A stretch of DNA of 64,000 bases from an uncultured Clostridia bacterium (GTDB lineage: Bacteria > Bacillota > Clostridia > TANB77 > CAG-508), in assembly GCA_947590905.1 (NCBI GenBank), contig CANQCU010000003.1, positions 18,968-82,967 of the forward strand, read 5' to 3'. Of this stretch, positions 1 to 9,471 are shown piece by piece. Made by a program: the position numbers and the translations under genes. Under the pieces are notes generated by a model. The model worked only from the letters and a program-made list of their open reading frames with translations, was not told the origin of the DNA and searched no databases. How positions within the stretch are numbered: position 1 is the stretch's first letter; each line of letters starts with the position of its first letter.

Positions 1-5
1 GTGTA

Positions 6-1772
6 GTGTTTGCAACTGGAACTCCTGTTTCTAATTCTATGGTAGAGTTATATACAATGCAAAGATATTTACAGTATGGCGAACTTGAAAAAAGACATCT
101 TCAACAATTTGACGCTTGGGCTTCAACCTTTGGAGAAACTGTCACTGCCATAGAATTGAGTCCAGAGGGAACTGGATATAGAGCAAAAACAAGATTTGCA
201 AAGTTCTTTAATTTGCCAGAACTAATGGCAATGTTTAAAGAAGTTGCTGATATACAAACTGCCGATATGCTTAATCTTCCTGTACCAAAAGCAAACTATC
301 ATAATGTTGTTATAGAGCCTAGTGAGATACAGAAAGAGTTAGTAAAAGACTTATCTGAAAGAGCAGAAAAAATAAGAAACAGAATGGTAGATTCATCAGT
401 TGATAATATGTTAAAAATAACAAATGATGGTAGAAAACTTGCACTAGATCAAAGACTTTCTAATGATATGTTAGAAGATTTTGAGCATAGTAAAGTTGCA
501 ACTTGTGCAGATAATATATACGAAATATGGAATAAAACAAGTGAAGATAAATCTGCACAATTAGTGTTCTGTGATTTATCAACTCCACACAATGATGGTA
601 ATTTTAATGTGTATGATGACCTTAAAAAGAAACTAATAGAACGAGGAATACCAGAAGAAGAAATTGCTTTTATACACAATGCAAATACAGATGTTAGAAA
701 GCAGGAATTATTTAATAAAGTAAGGCGAGGACAAGTAAGAGTTTTAATGGGTAGTACACAAAAAATGGGAGCAGGAACAAACTGTCAAGATAGGTTAATT
801 GCACTTCACGATTTAGATTGTCCTTGGCGACCTAGTGATTTAATTCAAAGAAGTGGGCGTATTATTAGACAAGGAAATAAGAATCCAGAAGTAGATATTT
901 ATAGATATGTCACAGAGGGAACTTTTGACGCATATTTATATCAATTAGTAGAAAATAAACAACGATTTATTTCACAAATAATGACCTCTAAAACACCAGT
1001 AAGATTTGCAGAAGATATAGATGAAACTGCTTTATCTTATGCAGAAATTAAAGCATTAGCAGCAGGAAATCCAGATATAATAGAAAAGACAGAACTTGAT
1101 ACCCAAGTTGCAAAATTAAAATTATTAAAACAAACTCATTTAAGCGAAATCTATGCTATGGAAGATAAAGTAATAAAATATTATCCTAATGAAATAAAAA
1201 GATTAGAAACAAAGATAGAAGATTTAAAAGAAGATTTAGAACATTTTAAAGCAAATGATACACCAGATAATTCATTTGAAAAAATGATAATAAATGGCGA
1301 AACACTTTCTGAAAGAAAAGAAGCAGGAGAAAAAATAATTGAAATTTGTAAGTCTATGACTAATCCAGAGCCGATAGAAATTGGAGAGTACAAAGGCTTT
1401 AAAATGATGTTATCTTTTGATACAATGTCCAGAACTTTTTATATGGGATTAAAAAATAACTTATCACATAAAGTAGAGTTAGGTAGTGATCCGAGTGGTA
1501 ATATTACTCGTATTGATAATGTATTAAATGATATAGAAAAGAAATTAGAAGATACAAAAAATACTCTTGAAGATACTAAAAAACAATATGAGAATGCTAA
1601 AATAGAAATGCAAAGACCATTCCCACAAGAGGAAGAATTAAAGGAAAAATCTAAACGATTAGATGAGTTAAATATTAAATTAAATCTTAACGAAAAAGAT
1701 AAAGAAATTATTGATGATGGTAATGAAGAAATAGATAATAGTCAAATGTGCAAAAAGGAATATGAAAGATAA
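6..1772 (+). CDS. 5'-truncated C-terminal part of a large ICE-encoded SNF2/DEAD-like helicase-family protein; probably the helicase half of a methylase-helicase anti-restriction-type protein
   Basis: Frame is open from window start. Helicase C-terminal motifs are present (QDRLIALHDLDCPWRPSDLIQRSGRIIRQG resembles helicase motif V/VI). The long coiled-coil tail is typical of big ICE helicase proteins. Confidence 0.5.
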   Translation: MFATGTPVSNSMVELYTMQRYLQYGELEKRHLQQFDAWASTFGETVTAIELSPEGTGYRAKTRFAKFFNLPELMAMFKEVADIQTADMLNLPVPKANYHNVVIEPSEIQKELVKDLSERAEKIRNRMVDSSVDNMLKITNDGRKLALDQRLSNDMLEDFEHSKVATCADNIYEIWNKTSEDKSAQLVFCDLSTPHNDGNFNVYDDLKKKLIERGIPEEEIAFIHNANTDVRKQELFNKVRRGQVRVLMGSTQKMGAGTNCQDRLIALHDLDCPWRPSDLIQRSGRIIRQGNKNPEVDIYRYVTEGTFDAYLYQLVENKQRFISQIMTSKTPVRFAEDIDETALSYAEIKALAAGNPDIIEKTELDTQVAKLKLLKQTHLSEIYAMEDKVIKYYPNEIKRLETKIEDLKEDLEHFKANDTPDNSFEKMIINGETLSERKEAGEKIIEICKSMTNPEPIEIGEYKGFKMMLSFDTMSRTFYMGLKNNLSHKVELGSDPSGNITRIDNVLNDIEKKLEDTKNTLEDTKKQYENAKIEMQRPFPQEEELKEKSKRLDELNIKLNLNEKDKEIIDDGNEEIDNSQMCKKEYER

Positions 1773-1829
1773 ATTGCACATTCGTAATTCCTAAATATTT
1801 AATTTAAAATTATTTTAGGAGGTGCAAAT

Positions 1830-2147
1830 ATGTGTGAGAAAAACAATGAAACATTTTTAGAAGATTATTGTGAAGAAGCATTTGCAGAATTTGTATCTGA
1901 CTTACAACTATCATTAGAAGCAAACAACAAAGATTATAAAAATCTAAATAAGCAACGATTTAAAATTTTAGATGACTATCCTAATGTTAGAGAAATAATA
2001 GAAAATGGAAGTTGTGAAAGTTTAAATTCGGAAGAAGTAAAGGCTTTAATGACTTATATTAGTTTAATGGATAGTTGTTCAATAATTGTAGAAAAAGAAT
2101 TGTTTTTAAAAGGTATGAAAGAAGTTTGTTGTTTGTTAAAAAATTAA
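1830..2147 (+). CDS. hypothetical small ICE protein
   Basis: ORF with an RBS (aggaggtg) 7 nt upstream. No recognisable domain. Confidence 0.3.
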   Translation: MCEKNNETFLEDYCEEAFAEFVSDLQLSLEANNKDYKNLNKQRFKILDDYPNVREIIENGSCESLNSEEVKALMTYISLMDSCSIIVEKELFLKGMKEVCCLLKN

Positions 2148-2225
2148 AAATCTTAATTGAAATTAGAGTGATTTTAGTTAAAACTATTATCACTCTTTTT
2201 TAATTTTTAGAAAGGAAAAATTATT

Positions 2226-2582
2226 ATGGAACAAAAAATTAGAGAAGAATTATATACAAAATTAGAAATGGAATTAAGCGAATATAAAAAAGGTTTATTA
2301 GAACTATCTGGTAAAGAAATTATAGATAAGTCTTATGAAACTGCTATTAAAGAAGAAATGATTTATTCATTTTATCCAGAGTCTGAAAAGTTTGATATAA
2401 ATGAAATAAAGGCATTGAAGAATCAAGAAAATTCATTAAATGCTTTATATCAAGGATGGATGGATTCAGACTTAAATATTTGCCAATTACTTGAAGATAA
2501 TGTATATGATACTTTACAAGAATTAGTTGAAGAACAAAAAGAAAATTTAAAGAAAAATAAAAAACACGATAAGGAAAGGTAG
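2226..2582 (+). CDS. hypothetical small ICE protein
   Basis: ORF with RBS. It ends in ...KHDKER, whose codons double as the RBS of the next gene. Confidence 0.3.
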   Translation: MEQKIREELYTKLEMELSEYKKGLLELSGKEIIDKSYETAIKEEMIYSFYPESEKFDINEIKALKNQENSLNALYQGWMDSDLNICQLLEDNVYDTLQELVEEQKENLKKNKKHDKER

Positions 2583-2590
2583 GTAATATT

Positions 2591-3550
2591 ATGGCATATT
2601 ATCAACCCGAAGAAATACAAAGAGCAAAAGAAATGGATTTATATACCTATTTAAAAAATTATGATCCAGAGGAGTTAGTTCATTTTAGTAGAGATACTTA
2701 TATGACAAGAACTCACGATAGTTTAAAAATATCTAATGGAATGTGGTATTGGTTTTCAAGAGGTATAGGTGGAAAAACTGCATTAGAATATTTAATTCAA
2801 GTAAAAGAATATTCTTTTATTCAGGCAGTAGAAACAATTTTAGGATATGCAAAAGAAAGTCCACCTATTCAATATAAAAAACAAGAAAAAATTAAAAATG
2901 TAAAACTTATATTGCCAAAAAAATCTGATAGTAATGATAGAGTTATAAACTATTTAATAAGTAGAGGAATTGACAAAGATATTATAAATGAGTGTATTGA
3001 TAATAACTTAATTTATGAAGATTTGCCGAATCATAATGTTGTATTTGTTGGCTATGATAAAAACAATACACCACGATATGCAGGAGTAAGAGCAACAAAT
3101 AGTAGTAGATATATGAAAGACGCTTATGGAAGTCATAAAGCATTTTCTTTTAAATTAGATTCAATAGAAAAAAGTGATGAAGTTCATTTATTTGAAAGTG
3201 CGATTGACTTATTATCTTATGCAACGATACAAAAAATAGATAACAAAGAATGGTATAATGATAATCTTTTATCACTTGCAGGAGTTTATCAACCTGCAAA
3301 AAAAATTGATGAAAGTAAGATACCATTAGCATTAAATTATTATCTTAATCAAAATCAAAATATAAAAAAGATATATTTGCATTTTGATAATGATAGTGCA
3401 GGAAGAATAGCAACAATGGCACTTAAAACTGTTCTTCCAAAACAATATGAAGTCATTGATGATCCACCACAAGTTGGTAAAGATTTCAATGACTTTTTAT
3501 GTGCCAAAGTTGGAATAAATTATAAGAAAAGATACGAAAGGGAAAGGTAA
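2591..3550 (+). CDS. Toprim-domain protein (DUF3991-Toprim, primase-like) of the conjugative element
   Basis: C-terminal Toprim acidic motif (IYLHFDNDSAGR). Size and position match the primase-like proteins of Tn916/Tn1549-family ICEs. Confidence 0.5.
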   Translation: MAYYQPEEIQRAKEMDLYTYLKNYDPEELVHFSRDTYMTRTHDSLKISNGMWYWFSRGIGGKTALEYLIQVKEYSFIQAVETILGYAKESPPIQYKKQEKIKNVKLILPKKSDSNDRVINYLISRGIDKDIINECIDNNLIYEDLPNHNVVFVGYDKNNTPRYAGVRATNSSRYMKDAYGSHKAFSFKLDSIEKSDEVHLFESAIDLLSYATIQKIDNKEWYNDNLLSLAGVYQPAKKIDESKIPLALNYYLNQNQNIKKIYLHFDNDSAGRIATMALKTVLPKQYEVIDDPPQVGKDFNDFLCAKVGINYKKRYERER

Positions 3551-3556
3551 AAAAAT

Positions 3557-4084
3557 ATGAAATTTGATTATTTAAAATTAGCAGAAATTATTAAAGAAAG
3601 AAGAATTGAATTAGGTATTTCTACGAGAAAACTAGCCGAAAAGATAGGAATAAGTCACGCAGAAATATCAAGATTTGAAAATGGTTTGAAGCCTGGCTTT
3701 TATTTCATACCATTTATAAAACTATGTAAGGAGTTAGATTTAGATATAGAAGTTTTATTAAAAGTTGTAGGATTACTTGAAGAAAAAGAAGATAAAAAAT
3801 ATGTAGTAAGAGTAGTAAATGCAGATGAAGACTTTTTTGAGATAAATGCAAAAAATGAATATGAAGCAGCAAAAATTGTTTCAAAATTTGTAATTCAAAA
3901 TGACATTGTTGATTTAGATTTTAATAAAAAATTTGAAGTAGAAGTAGAAGAAATTGATGAAGAAAATGAAGAAATTTCTGATGAAGAATGCGAAGAATTA
4001 GAAGAAGATTCTTTTATGAAAATGCAATGTGAAAATTGCAAGTATCATTGTCCTTATTGTGGAGAATGTACTCTTGGGGAGTAA
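3557..4084 (+). CDS. HTH (XRE-type) DNA-binding protein with acidic linker and C-terminal Cys4 zinc-ribbon-like tail
   Basis: N-terminal helix-turn-helix (LGISTRKLAEKIGISHAEISRFENG). A long Glu/Asp-rich segment follows. The C-terminus is CENCKYHCPYCGEC. Confidence 0.45.
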   Translation: MKFDYLKLAEIIKERRIELGISTRKLAEKIGISHAEISRFENGLKPGFYFIPFIKLCKELDLDIEVLLKVVGLLEEKEDKKYVVRVVNADEDFFEINAKNEYEAAKIVSKFVIQNDIVDLDFNKKFEVEVEEIDEENEEISDEECEELEEDSFMKMQCENCKYHCPYCGECTLGE

Positions 4085-4089
4085 ATCTA

Positions 4090-4165
4090 TTGTCTAGCAA
4101 GCACTGAATTTATACTCCCGTACAAATTCGTATGTGGGGAAATCCCCAATCCCCTTGCTAGACAA
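4090..4165. promoter_or_regulatory. candidate oriT: perfect 12-bp inverted repeat (TTGTCTAGCAAG ... CTTGCTAGACAA) enclosing a GGGGAAATCCCC mini-palindrome
   Basis: Arms at 4090-4101 and 4154-4165 are read directly from the sequence. The repeat lies immediately upstream of the mobC-relaxase block, as oriT sites usually do. Confidence 0.3.
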
Positions 4166-4197
4166 AAATCAATTTAAGAGAAAGGAATGATTATAAA

Positions 4198-4368
4198 ATG
4201 AGTGAATTATTATTTTTTATTTTAGGTTTAGTTATAGGTGGTCTTTGTGCGACAACTCTTATGTGTTGTTTACAAATAAATCGTATAAATGAATTAGAAA
4301 GAGAAATTGTCAGAAAAGAAACTCACGAAGAAAATTCGGAGGAAGTAAAATGCGAAGTCGTAGAATAA
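4198..4368 (+). CDS. small single-pass membrane peptide (56 aa) overlapping the mobC start
   Basis: ATG follows the RBS gagaaaggaatg. Hydrophobic core LLFFILGLVIGGLCATTLMCC. Below the size cut-off of the ORF track. Confidence 0.2.
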   Translation: MSELLFFILGLVIGGLCATTLMCCLQINRINELEREIVRKETHEENSEEVKCEVVE

Positions 4369-4679
4369 AAAAACAAATCTGGCTTAATGATGAAGAAGAT
4401 TATATTCTAAAAACTAGATCGGAGTCAGTTGGAATGAATGCTTCTGATTATATTAGACAATTACTTGTTGGATATAAGCCAAAAGAAAAGCCACCAGAAG
4501 AATTTTATAATGCAATTAAAAGTATTCGTGCTATTGGTAATAATATAAATCAGATTGCACGAATGGCAAATGCAAGAGGTGTTGTAGATGTTCCTCATTT
4601 TAATAAAGAGGTAGATAAATTAAATCAATTAGTTATTGATATAAAAAATAAATATTTACGCCCCGAAAAAGAAGAGTAA
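4350..4679 (+). CDS. mobC: MobC-family relaxosome accessory protein
   Basis: The NNINQIARMAN motif matches the MobC family signature (NNLNQIAR...N). About 110 aa, upstream of the relaxase. Confidence 0.6.
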   Translation: MRSRRIKKQIWLNDEEDYILKTRSESVGMNASDYIRQLLVGYKPKEKPPEEFYNAIKSIRAIGNNINQIARMANARGVVDVPHFNKEVDKLNQLVIDIKNKYLRPEKEE

Positions 4680-4763
4680 ATTATGATAAGGTAATAGTCA
4701 ATAATAACAAAAAATGATATAATATGTTATTAGTAAATCAGATACTATGGGGGAAGATAAGAA

Positions 4764-5564
4764 ATGATAAATTTGTTTAAATTTTATGAACAGAATGTAA
4801 AGAATGATGAATATTATTATAGATTTTTTGATGATTTAGTTACTCACCCTCATAGGATAAGTGATGAAATTAAAACAGCATTTGATATAGAAGAAGATGA
4901 AGATTATTTAGATTTTGAAATCTTTGATGAAGACGAGGCAATAGAAAAGTTTAAGGGATTATGTGAGCCTAATTTAGATATAAGTTCTGATAAGAATAAA
5001 AGAATGTTTTATTATTTATGCTTTTATCTTTATAAGAATGGGTATGTTATAAAAGAGTTCCCTAGGTTATTATCAAGACCACCAGAAGATCCTTATGAAT
5101 TTACTTATAATGACATAAGAAACAAAATATTATCACTCAATATGGATCGTAATGGGACTGTTCCATATATAATTAGAAGAAAACTTGTTGCTAATTTAAC
5201 TTTTGAAAAAAAATCATCAATAGTAGTAGAAGATGATATTGATACAATATTCAAAAGAATATCAACGAGAAGTGCAACATTTGAATCTATGGCAATAGAT
5301 GAAAAATTAAAGGAAATAGCAAATTGTATTGAATTTATGTTGCGTGAAGATGATAAATATAAAGAAATAAATTATAATGAAGTTGCTTTTGAATATATTA
5401 ACAACGAGATAGTAAAGGGTTATAGAAAAAAGATACAGTGTTTTAGACACGCTTCTGGGAAAGCAATTAAAGAAAGAGAAAAATTGACAGAAGCACAGAA
5501 AGAATTTTTGATAGATTATGGTATAACAATTATTAAAGTTATTTATCAAATCTTAAATAAATAA
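4764..5564 (+). CDS. hypothetical protein
   Basis: ORF with RBS gggggaag. Acidic N-terminal half. No recognised domain. Confidence 0.3.
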   Translation: MINLFKFYEQNVKNDEYYYRFFDDLVTHPHRISDEIKTAFDIEEDEDYLDFEIFDEDEAIEKFKGLCEPNLDISSDKNKRMFYYLCFYLYKNGYVIKEFPRLLSRPPEDPYEFTYNDIRNKILSLNMDRNGTVPYIIRRKLVANLTFEKKSSIVVEDDIDTIFKRISTRSATFESMAIDEKLKEIANCIEFMLREDDKYKEINYNEVAFEYINNEIVKGYRKKIQCFRHASGKAIKEREKLTEAQKEFLIDYGITIIKVIYQILNK

Positions 5565-5577
5565 TATAGGAGGTAAT

Positions 5578-6189
5578 ATGGAGAGAACAGATTATGACCA
5601 AATTATTCATAGTCAACTTGAAGACATAGCAGTTATTGACTATGGAATAGTTAAGGGAAACGAAACAATAGTTTTTATTAAAGCAGGGCAAGATGGATCA
5701 ATGTACGGATACCAAAATAAATATTTAAAGATAGCAGATAATATAAATAAAGAATATGGTTATACTGTTATTTGTTCTTCAAATCCGTTTGATGGTACGA
5801 ATCCATTAGATAATGCAATGAAAGTAATAGAAGATTATTGTGAAGAACAAGAATTTGATGATTATAAAATTTTCTATATGGGACATTCAAATGGTGCTTT
5901 AATAGGTGCTTGGTTTGGTGTAAATTATCCTAGAATAAAAAGAATGCTTTTAGTAAACGGACCTCTTATGTATAATTGGCATAAAACAAAAGAAGGAATA
6001 CAAAAATTTTCAGGAGAAAAATTGGTGTTAGTATATGGAAGTTTAGATCAATCGTTTCAATATACTGGACTCATTAAGCCATTAGAAAATGAAAAGGTAA
6101 AGTTGGAAATAATAGAAGGTCAAGACCACCATTTTTCAACAGATACTTTTGATTTTAAAAAACTACCAGAAAAATTTTTGTTAAATTAG
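5578..6189 (+). CDS. alpha/beta-hydrolase-fold protein (esterase/lipase-like)
   Basis: Nucleophile elbow GHSNG, downstream Asp (GSLDQ) and His (GQDHHF), in the canonical Ser-Asp-His order. Confidence 0.5.
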   Translation: MERTDYDQIIHSQLEDIAVIDYGIVKGNETIVFIKAGQDGSMYGYQNKYLKIADNINKEYGYTVICSSNPFDGTNPLDNAMKVIEDYCEEQEFDDYKIFYMGHSNGALIGAWFGVNYPRIKRMLLVNGPLMYNWHKTKEGIQKFSGEKLVLVYGSLDQSFQYTGLIKPLENEKVKLEIIEGQDHHFSTDTFDFKKLPEKFLLN

Positions 6190-6254
6190 TTATTTAGAGA
6201 TTATCAAGAAATTGATAGTCTTTTTTTATTTTTAAAAAGAAAGAGAGGGAGAAA

Positions 6255-7607
6255 ATGGCAACAACAGGAATATGGAAAATAGAAAAAAGATTAGATAATG
6301 TTTTAGAATATACAACTAATATAGAAAAAACAAAAATTAGTGATTATGGTAACGATAGTTATTATGACTTGCATAATGTTATTGAATATGTTGAAGCAGA
6401 TTATAAAACAGAAGAACAATACTATGTTTTTGGAATAAATTGTTCCCCAGAAACTGCACTAGAAGAAATGAAAATAACGAAAGAACAATTTGGAAAAACA
6501 ACAGGAATACTTGGCTTTCACGCATTTCAATCTTTTGCAGAGGGAGAAGTCACACCAGAGCAATGTCACGCTATTGGTGTTAGACTAGCCGAAGAAATGT
6601 GGGGAGATAGATTTGAAGTTGTTGTCAGCACTCATCTTAATAGTAATCATTATCATAATCATTTTGTAATAAACTCTGTATCATTTAAAGATGGTAAAAG
6701 ATATTATGATAAGAGAGAAACTTATGCCGAATTAAGAAGATTATCAGATTCTTTATGCGAAGAATATGGTCTATCTGTAATACAAGAAAAGCCGTGTAGA
6801 AATAGTAAGATAAACTATTCTAATTATCAGAAAAATGCTAATAACAGAGTTAATTATTATTCTATTGCAAAACAAGATTTGGATCGTGCAATAGGAATGG
6901 CAACATCTTATTATGATTTTGAAGATTTAATGAAAGCAATGGATTATGAACTAATTTATAGAGGAGAAAAATTAAGTATAAGAAGAAATCCATATAAGAA
7001 AAATATTCGTATTGAAAGATATTTTGGCAATGAATATTCTATTGATAGAATTACACAAAGAATAGAAGAAGAACATATAAATAGAATACCTTTTATTGAA
7101 GAATATGGAAATAAACCTAAACAGAAAGCCGACTATTATAAAAGGCGAAAGCCAAAAGGAATTTATGCTTTATATATTCATTATTGCTATCTTTTAAAAG
7201 TATTCCCTAAAAAATATCCATATCAAAGATTATCTCCTGCAATTCGTGCAGATGTGATAAAGATGGAAAGTATATCAAATGAAGCAAGACTGCTTGTTAG
7301 AAATAATTTAAAAACTAACGAGCAGTTTTTTTTGTTTAAAGAAGAAAAGGAAAAACGATTAGAAGAACTTATGGATCAGAGAGGAAAACTTTGGTACAAA
7401 CATAAGAAATCAAAATCAAGTCAAGAAAAAGAAGAAATTAAAAGAAAAATAGATGAATTAAATAAAGAAATTAACCCACTACGAAAGGAGGTGGTGCTAT
7501 GTAAGGATATTTTAGAAAGAAGTAAAAAAATGGAGCAGAATCTCCAAGAATTATCTGATGAAAAAGAAAAAGGAAAAGAGGTGGAGAAAGATGAACACAT
7601 CAGGTGA
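6255..7607 (+). CDS. conjugative relaxase, MobA/VirD2-type relaxase/mobilisation nuclease domain
   Basis: Histidine-triad motif HLNSNHYHNHFVIN (HxxxH.H.H). The N-terminus IWKIEKRLDNVLEYTTNIEKT fits the relaxase N-terminal pattern. Long coiled-coil C-terminus. Confidence 0.65.
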   Translation: MATTGIWKIEKRLDNVLEYTTNIEKTKISDYGNDSYYDLHNVIEYVEADYKTEEQYYVFGINCSPETALEEMKITKEQFGKTTGILGFHAFQSFAEGEVTPEQCHAIGVRLAEEMWGDRFEVVVSTHLNSNHYHNHFVINSVSFKDGKRYYDKRETYAELRRLSDSLCEEYGLSVIQEKPCRNSKINYSNYQKNANNRVNYYSIAKQDLDRAIGMATSYYDFEDLMKAMDYELIYRGEKLSIRRNPYKKNIRIERYFGNEYSIDRITQRIEEEHINRIPFIEEYGNKPKQKADYYKRRKPKGIYALYIHYCYLLKVFPKKYPYQRLSPAIRADVIKMESISNEARLLVRNNLKTNEQFFLFKEEKEKRLEELMDQRGKLWYKHKKSKSSQEKEEIKRKIDELNKEINPLRKEVVLCKDILERSKKMEQNLQELSDEKEKGKEVEKDEHIR

Positions 7608-8361
7608 CGCTGCTGAATCTATTGTAAGAATGAGTTTACAAGGAACAGAAGTAGCAGTAAGAATTATGGGAAGTGGTGCGAAGAATTTTGCCGTGCTTTT
7701 ATATACTATTATGAAAGACCAACAACAAATAAAAGGTAAAACTAAACTTGTGAATATGCTTAAATCTGGTAAGGAATTAAAAGTTTTTTCTGTAAAGGAA
7801 GAAGACTTTAAAAGATTTACGCAAGAAGCAAAGAGATATGGAGTTTTATTTAGTGCAGTTGTTAATAAAAAAGAAAAAAATTCTGATGGTATGATTGATA
7901 TTATGGTAAGAGCAGAAGACGCAAGTAAAATAAATCGTATCGTAGAAAGATTTAATCTTGCAACAGTTGATACTGCTTCAATTAAGAGCGAAATTCAAAA
8001 ATCAAAAGATAGTAAAGATAAAGGTATTGTTGTTAAGAATATTGAAGAAAAACTCGTTGATGATATTTTGTCTAAACCTATTAGTAAAGAAGAAAATGAA
8101 GTATCAAACCCCCAAGTGGCAAAGACGGAAAAAAGCCCTCTGTCAGAGCCTATCTTAAACAACAAAAACAAGTCAGATCAGGGTACTAAATCTGAAAAGC
8201 CATCTGTGAGAGAAGAAATTAAAAATATCAAAGAAGAACAAAAATCACAATCTGATTTAGATAAATCTGAACTTAAAAATGAAAAACCATCAAAGAATAA
8301 AACAACAAAGCATAATCAAGTAAAATCAAAAAAGAAAAAATCAAAGGAGAAAGGAAGATAA
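7591..8361 (+). CDS. conjugative element protein (DUF3801/PcfB-like) with Lys/Ser-rich tail
   Basis: The N-terminus MNTSGDAAESIVRMSLQGTEVAV... resembles conserved ICE proteins. Overlaps the relaxase stop. The internal ATG at 7591 has the RBS gaggtggag. Confidence 0.35.
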   Translation: MNTSGDAAESIVRMSLQGTEVAVRIMGSGAKNFAVLLYTIMKDQQQIKGKTKLVNMLKSGKELKVFSVKEEDFKRFTQEAKRYGVLFSAVVNKKEKNSDGMIDIMVRAEDASKINRIVERFNLATVDTASIKSEIQKSKDSKDKGIVVKNIEEKLVDDILSKPISKEENEVSNPQVAKTEKSPLSEPILNNKNKSDQGTKSEKPSVREEIKNIKEEQKSQSDLDKSELKNEKPSKNKTTKHNQVKSKKKKSKEKGR

Positions 8362-8364
8362 TTT

Positions 8365-9255
8365 ATGAATGATTTTGATGAAATAATGGCAAAAGCCAAT
8401 AACAATTCAACTCAAACTAAAAAGCCTTTTGATAAAGAGGCTTGGAAAGAAAAAAAGCAACAAGAAAGACAAGAAGCGTATGCGTTAATTGATTCAACAG
8501 CAGATTTAGTAAAAAGTGATGTAAATAAGTTTAAAGAATATTTAGATGTTCAAGGAAGATTTGATAAATACTCTGTTGGTAATGCACTTATTATTACTGC
8601 TAAAATGCCAAATGCTACGCAACTAAAAGATTTTAATGATTGGAAAGAAGCAGGTGCTTCTATTAAGAAAAATCAAAATGGTATAGGTATTTTAGAGCCA
8701 GGAGATTCTTACACAAGAGAAGATGGAAGTGTAGCAACTTCATATAATGTTAAGAAAATGTTTGATATATCTCAAACGACTTCTACGCAAAAACCTAGAA
8801 CAAATAGTTATGATGAAAAAATCAAACTAACTGCATTATTAAAAGATTGCCCTGTTGATATTAAAGCAGTTGATGAAATTCCTAATAGTAATAATGTTGC
8901 AGAATGGAATAAAGAAGATAATGTTTTATATGTTCAAAGAGGTGGAGAAACACCAACAATATTTAAGGAATTAGCAAGAGAACTTACAAGAGTTGGTCTT
9001 GAAGAAAGTGGAAATAGAGAATTAGACAACTTTAAATGTGTAGCAACTTCATATATGTTATGCAAAAAATATGGTATTGATGTATCAGATATAAATATAA
9101 ATTCTATTCCAGAAGCATTTAAAAATATGAGTACAGGAGAAGTGAGAAATACACTTACTTCTATGCGTGGTGCTATGGAAGATATAAATACTAGAATGAG
9201 TGCATATTTTGAATCTATTTCAAAAACACAAAAAAATAAGGACTATGAAAGATAA
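8365..9255 (+). CDS. ArdC-like anti-restriction protein (N-terminal ssDNA-binding domain)
   Basis: The segment YSVGNALIITAKMPNATQLKDFNDWKEAGASIKKNQNGIGILEP resembles the ArdC N-domain. Located in the leading region before the coupling protein. Confidence 0.4.
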   Translation: MNDFDEIMAKANNNSTQTKKPFDKEAWKEKKQQERQEAYALIDSTADLVKSDVNKFKEYLDVQGRFDKYSVGNALIITAKMPNATQLKDFNDWKEAGASIKKNQNGIGILEPGDSYTREDGSVATSYNVKKMFDISQTTSTQKPRTNSYDEKIKLTALLKDCPVDIKAVDEIPNSNNVAEWNKEDNVLYVQRGGETPTIFKELARELTRVGLEESGNRELDNFKCVATSYMLCKKYGIDVSDININSIPEAFKNMSTGEVRNTLTSMRGAMEDINTRMSAYFESISKTQKNKDYER

Positions 9256-9267
9256 TGGAGGAACTAT

Positions 9268-9471
9268 ATGAAAGAGGAAATAAAAGTATTGCAACTTGAT
9301 AAATACGAAATAGGTATTTTAATCAATGCTTTAAATGAGTTTAGAAATAAACTTATACAAGAGCAAAGAAATACTGAATGCGTAGATGAAGTTTTATTAA
9401 AAGCAATAGACGCCCCATCTAAAAAAAAAATTCTAACAAGGTGTATGAGGAGAGATGAAATCGGATATTGA
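9268..9471 (+). CDS. hypothetical small protein
   Basis: ORF with RBS ggaggaactatatg. Overlaps the T4CP start. Confidence 0.2.
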   Translation: MKEEIKVLQLDKYEIGILINALNEFRNKLIQEQRNTECVDEVLLKAIDAPSKKKILTRCMRRDEIGY

